A DNA stretch of 64,000 nucleotides from Synergistales bacterium (GTDB lineage: Bacteria > Synergistota > Synergistia > Synergistales > JAFGMB01): assembly GCA_963666205.1 (NCBI GenBank), contig OY762654.1, positions 518,611-582,610 on the forward strand, given 5' to 3'. A program made the translations under genes and the position numbers. Below, piece after piece: positions 59,956 through 64,000 of the stretch (position 1 is the stretch's first letter; each line of letters starts with the position of its first letter). The notes beneath the pieces are model-generated. The model was not told the origin of the DNA. It saw only the letters and a list, made by a program, of their open reading frames with translations, and made no database searches.

Positions 59956-60897
59956 TTACAAAGGTAAGAGTATACCAAGATCCTTCCATGACCTCCTCTG
60001 TAAAAACAGCAGCATATCTTCAGGAAGTGGTGCCTTGAATTTTCTTGTAGATAAAACAGCCATGTTACCAGCCATACCAGAAAAGGAAAGCTCAAAGGCA
60101 TGAAGAAGAGGCCTTTTTACTCCATGTTTCCACCAGAATCTATTCTCGATCTCATTCCCATATTTCCGGTCTCCCAGAACAGGATAGCCAGCATGAGCAA
60201 GGTGTACTCTTGCCTGGTGGGGACGACCGGTAACTAGCTCCAGTTCAACAAGAGAAAACCTTCCATCGCTGAAAATCCGTCTAAAAAGTGTAATGGCTGG
60301 ACGTCCGGCAGGGTCCACACGAACCATGTTATCACCAGGATCTTTAAGCAGGGGTTCATTTATCCTTCCATTTTCGGAAATCTCTCCACAGACCAGAGCA
60401 AGGTATCCCTTTTTTATCCTGCCCTCTCTAAGGGCATTCTGGAGTTCTCTAAGGGCCGATCCATTCAGAGCAAGGATAACCATTCCCGAAGTATTTCTAT
60501 CCAGTCTGTTAACCAGAGCAGGTCTGAAATCTTTATGGATAAGCGAAGTGTCAGCCCATGAACGGCTCAACACACTGTCTTCTCCTTTTACTGATGGTTG
60601 GGAGAGAAGGTCTGAAGGTTTGTTTACGATCCATAGATACTCATCCCTGTAAATGGATTCGAGTTCTTTCCTTGTACCTTGATCATTCCTTAAGGGAGGT
60701 TCTTCCCATGGTACATATATCTCCTGTCCTTCCATCAACAGGGTTGAGCATTTAGCTTTCCTGCCATCTATCCTTACCAGGCCCTTCCGGATATTTTTCA
60801 TAAAAGCCCCTGAAGGAAGCGCTGGCCATAGACTTCTGATAACCTTGTCCAACCTTCTTCCGTCGTGGTGTTCCGATACTGTAAATTTATAAGACAT
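59956..60897 (-). CDS. RluA/RluD-family 23S rRNA pseudouridine synthase
   Basis: N-terminal S4-like domain. Catalytic NRLDRNTSG. HQARVHL motif. Confidence 0.88.
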   Translation of the reverse strand: MSYKFTVSEHHDGRRLDKVIRSLWPALPSGAFMKNIRKGLVRIDGRKAKCSTLLMEGQEIYVPWEEPPLRNDQGTRKELESIYRDEYLWIVNKPSDLLSQPSVKGEDSVLSRSWADTSLIHKDFRPALVNRLDRNTSGMVILALNGSALRELQNALREGRIKKGYLALVCGEISENGRINEPLLKDPGDNMVRVDPAGRPAITLFRRIFSDGRFSLVELELVTGRPHQARVHLAHAGYPVLGDRKYGNEIENRFWWKHGVKRPLLHAFELSFSGMAGNMAVLSTRKFKAPLPEDMLLFLQRRSWKDLGILLPL

Positions 60898-60914
60898 ATA
60901 AAAACCTCGAAAAT

Positions 60915-61964
60915 CTACTCACAATTTTCACCGCAAGTATCTTTATCTGAAAACTCCTTCCATTTCCAGAAACGGCGCTGTGTAGAATAGTTGAATTCAG
61001 TTATTCCACTCTCAGCCTCAAGTTCCTTAACCGTATCTTCATAGCAGAACAGTTTAAAATCCAGTTCATCCGCAGCTGATACAACAAGAGCCTCCGGAGT
61101 AGCAGGAAGAACCGGAGAACCATATTCTTTACGTCCATGATGACTAAGAAGGATGTGTCCCAGTGCATTGCGGATATCTTCTTCAAGCCCGAATTCTGAT
61201 GCAATGCGCGAGAATTCAGCAAAACCGATGGCAATGTGATCCAGGATAACGCCCGAGATAGTCATTTCCGGGGCTGGCGAAAGAGTATAGGCCCCTATCT
61301 TTCCTATATCATGAAGAAGGGCTCCTGCAATAGTAAGTTCAACATCCAGTGGATAACCGGAAATCTTGTATTTTTCAGCCAGAGTACAAGCAGCGCCTGT
61401 TACACTTACAGTATGTTCCAGCAGTCCATGAACATATGCATGATGGTGTGTAACAGCAGCTGGAGCAGTCTGGAAGGCTTCCCAATAGTCTCCAGTAAAT
61501 ACGAATTCAAGAAACTTTCTCAGTTTGCCGGAGGTTTTTGTAAGAAAACTCCAGAATTCCGATTCAAGTTTTTCAAGAGGCACTGGGGATTTCTGAACAA
61601 AGGAATGAGGCGGATATTTTCGCTGATCAACAAGGTAAATTGCATTAAAGTTATATTGGGTCTGTCCTTTAAACTCTGCAACCTGTCCCTGTACTCCTAC
61701 GGTCTTGCCCTGGAGGTTGTTTATAACTGAAGGATCAAGCTCCCTGTTCAGATCTTGGGAGTCCGTTCTATCAAGCCATTGGGCATTGGCCCACACCTTT
61801 CCTTCAATGATCCCATGTTCATCCATGACAGAAATATCCCAAAAGGTTTTATTATTTCTATCCTTTCTCGGAGCCATTCTTGACAGAACTCCACAAAACT
61901 TGAACTTCGAAGAGACCTGTAATTTTTTTATCTGCCCTGATGTGTAAAAATTGATTTCCGACAC
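60915..61964 (-). CDS. YhaM-like 3'-5' exoribonuclease (OB fold + HD domain)
   Basis: N-terminal OB fold followed by an HD domain (HHAYVHGLLEH...LLHDIGK). 349 aa. Confidence 0.8.
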   Translation of the reverse strand: MSEINFYTSGQIKKLQVSSKFKFCGVLSRMAPRKDRNNKTFWDISVMDEHGIIEGKVWANAQWLDRTDSQDLNRELDPSVINNLQGKTVGVQGQVAEFKGQTQYNFNAIYLVDQRKYPPHSFVQKSPVPLEKLESEFWSFLTKTSGKLRKFLEFVFTGDYWEAFQTAPAAVTHHHAYVHGLLEHTVSVTGAACTLAEKYKISGYPLDVELTIAGALLHDIGKIGAYTLSPAPEMTISGVILDHIAIGFAEFSRIASEFGLEEDIRNALGHILLSHHGRKEYGSPVLPATPEALVVSAADELDFKLFCYEDTVKELEAESGITEFNYSTQRRFWKWKEFSDKDTCGENCE

Positions 61965-62198
61965 ACTACCACCCCGTCCTGACTTAATAAATGCTGTTAT
62001 AGTTTTATATTATCTCATGAAAAGTTCAAGACCTTTATCAATGTTCGATTTTGCCCCGACAGCCAGGCTATACAATTTTACTCGAAACGATAAAGGACTG
62101 AAAATTCCATTTAGTTCAGATATTCCCCGGTGCTAAGTTTTTTATGATATTATTCAAAATAGTACTTTATCAATATCATCTAGGGGGGACAGTGTTTT

Positions 62199-63413
62199 AT
62201 GAAGTTCTCAGACAGAATTAATTCCATGCAGTCATCACCAATTCGCAAGCTCATCCCTTACGCTGACGAAGCAAAGGGAAAGGGCAAAAAAGTGTACCAT
62301 CTCAATATCGGTCAGCCGGATATCCTTACTCCACCAGCCTTTCTCAAGTCCATCAAGGATTTCGCCCAGGAGGTCATAGCCTACTCTACTTCCCACGGTA
62401 GCCTTGAGCTTATCGATTCTATAAGGAAATATTATGAAGGTTACAATATCAATTATGAAAGAGAGAACGTTCTTATCACAAATGGCGGAAGTGAAGCTCT
62501 TCTTTTCTCTTTCATGGCTCTATGTGACCCGGGAGATGAAATTCTTATCCCGGAACCCTTCTATGCAAATTATAATGCCTTTGCATCCTGTGTTAACGTC
62601 AAGATCATACCAATCACAACAAAGGCCGAAGAGGGTTTCCATCTTCCACCAAAGGCAGAAATAGAAAAGCTTCTTACACCAAAGACCAAAGCTATCCTTG
62701 TCTCAAACCCAGGTAATCCTACTGGAGTTATCTACACCACCGATGAAATGGAGATGCTGGCTGATCTTGCTATGGACAATGACATGTTCATCGTTGCAGA
62801 TGAAGTGTACAGAGAGTTTGTATACGATGGGCTTGATTACACAAGCTTCGGAAATATTAAGAGGATCGAAGACAGGGTAATCATCATTGATTCTGTCTCT
62901 AAAAGATTCAGCGCATGTGGTGCAAGAATCGGCTGTATTACTTCCAAAAACATGGATCTAATGGCCCAGGTTATGAAGCTTGCCCAGGGAAGACTCTGTG
63001 TACCGACCCTTGAACAGGTAGGAGCAGCAGCTCTTTATACAACTCCTGTTTCATACCTTGAGGACGTGAATAAAGAATACCAGTCAAGAAGGGACATCCT
63101 CTATGCAGCTCTTAAAGGCATGCCTGGAGTGGTATGTGATGAACCCAAGGGTGCTTTTTATGTCGTTGCCAAACTTCCCGTTGATGATGCCGAAAAGTTC
63201 GTGATCTGGATGCTGAGAGATTTCGATCTAGAGGGAGAAACAGTTATGATGGCTCCTGCTGAAGGGTTTTATGCCACTCCAGGGCTGGGAAAGAATGAAG
63301 CAAGACTTGCCTACGTCCTTAAGAAAGAAGATCTATCAAAGGCTATGGATATTCTTAAAGCTGGTCTTGAGGCATATCCTGGTCGTGTACAAGCCGCAAC
63401 AACTTCCATTTAG
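62199..63413 (+). CDS. Class I PLP-dependent (aspartate-type) aminotransferase
   Basis: NPGNPTG and the PLP-lysine motif SKRFSACGARIG. 404 aa. Confidence 0.9.
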   Translation: MKFSDRINSMQSSPIRKLIPYADEAKGKGKKVYHLNIGQPDILTPPAFLKSIKDFAQEVIAYSTSHGSLELIDSIRKYYEGYNINYERENVLITNGGSEALLFSFMALCDPGDEILIPEPFYANYNAFASCVNVKIIPITTKAEEGFHLPPKAEIEKLLTPKTKAILVSNPGNPTGVIYTTDEMEMLADLAMDNDMFIVADEVYREFVYDGLDYTSFGNIKRIEDRVIIIDSVSKRFSACGARIGCITSKNMDLMAQVMKLAQGRLCVPTLEQVGAAALYTTPVSYLEDVNKEYQSRRDILYAALKGMPGVVCDEPKGAFYVVAKLPVDDAEKFVIWMLRDFDLEGETVMMAPAEGFYATPGLGKNEARLAYVLKKEDLSKAMDILKAGLEAYPGRVQAATTSI

Positions 63414-63439
63414 AATAAAGGTGGGAAACCCCCTTAATC

Positions 63440-63495
63440 GCTAACATGAAAAAGCCCCCTCTCCCCTGTTGGAAAGGGGTCTTTTTCATGTTAGC
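63440..63495 (+). terminator. Long compound hairpin / terminator
   Basis: Perfect 15-bp outer stem gctaacatgaaaaag / ctttttcatgttagc enclosing an inner CCCCT/AGGGG hairpin followed by TCTTTTT. Confidence 0.65.
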
Positions 63496-63554
63496 ATACG
63501 TGGGTAAGCGGTACTTGCTCAGTAAATTTCATTTCTGGAAGGGACGATATTTCC

Positions 63555-64000
63555 ATGCCTTTAAAAGTAAAGGAAGCCATGACAAAGGATGTGGGCAGAT
63601 GTATTGCCCGAATAGACCCTGATGACATGAAACGATATGGTATCAAGGAAGGACAGATCATAGAAATCGAAGGAAAAAGAAGAACACCTGCAAGGGCCCT
63701 TTCCTGTGACTCCTGTGACAGAGGATCAAGAATGATCCAGATAGACGGGATTATCAGAGATAATGCACAGGTAGGAATTGACGACTATGTAACTATTTCA
63801 AAGGCTAGCCATAATTTTGCAGAAAGCATATCCCTTGAACCGGTAACAACCATATCTCTTCTTGAAAAAGAAAAGGATGCAAAATATATCGTATCCCTTC
63901 TTGAAGGAATGCCTGTAAGCAAAGGAGACAGGGTCAGAATAACCCTTTTCGGCACCAGGACCTGTGATTTGAGGATCAGTGGAACGGCTCCTCATGGAAT
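63555..64000 (+). CDS. CDC48/VCP-like AAA+ ATPase, N-terminal domain only (continues past window end)
   Basis: Manual translation gives MPLKVKEAMTKDVGRCIARIDPDDMKRYGIKEGQIIEIEGKRRTPARAL...IQIDGIIRDNAQVGIDDYVTI, the typical CDC48_N double-psi barrel. It is open at the window end. Confidence 0.7.
   Translation, partial: MPLKVKEAMTKDVGRCIARIDPDDMKRYGIKEGQIIEIEGKRRTPARALSCDSCDRGSRMIQIDGIIRDNAQVGIDDYVTISKASHNFAESISLEPVTTISLLEKEKDAKYIVSLLEGMPVSKGDRVRITLFGTRTCDLRISGTAPHG

Noticed and set aside
59892-60101. 69-aa minus-strand ORF overlapping the 3' end of the rluD-like gene.
   Set aside because: It is an alternative frame of a well-supported pseudouridine synthase gene and has no RBS. Its upstream part overlaps the weak rluD terminator and the operator copy.

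Overview
64-kb chromosomal, mostly core-genome window from a moderately AT-rich bacterium. I support about 57 protein genes. There is one complete rRNA operon on the minus strand (16S 34128-35660, 23S 30998-33993, 5S 30811-30931) with a ~135-nt 16S-23S spacer and no tRNA. Many intrinsic terminators sit between convergent genes.

Gene content, left to right:
- betaine ABC importer
- WtpABC-like tungstate/molybdate importer behind a Moco/Tuco-type riboswitch
- phosphohexomutase
- amino-acid ABC ATPase and permease
- late lipid-A acyltransferase (implies a diderm envelope)
- tyrS
- beta-CASP RNase
- HisKA_3/NarL two-component pair
- oxidative-stress cluster: desulfoferrodoxin, ferritin, flavin reductase
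- Sir2
- the rRNA operon
- a long co-directional minus-strand block: recA-thpR-cinA-pgpA-rimO-rodZ-like-rpe-PASTA-rsmB
- GntR/MocR regulators
- asnS
- two tandem glutamate dehydrogenases
- rluD-like, yhaM-like, an aminotransferase and the start of a CDC48-like AAA ATPase

The content fits an anaerobic amino-acid fermenter, possibly Synergistota-like. That is a guess and needs a 16S search.

I see no IS elements, prophage, CRISPR array or recognisable defence system.

Most interesting observations:
1. An unannotated monocistronic gene (59495-59833, minus strand) with its own promoter, operator and terminator. It has an in-frame UGA followed by a SECIS-like hairpin, and is a candidate IscA/HesB-like selenoprotein.
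2. A standalone protein made of three tandem MshEN-type c-di-GMP-binding domains.
3. A Moco/Tuco riboswitch in front of a WtpA-type transporter, with an unusually long expression platform.
4. A heavily regulated 40-aa Asn/Asp-rich peptide gene.
5. A PrkC-position PASTA protein with no kinase domain.
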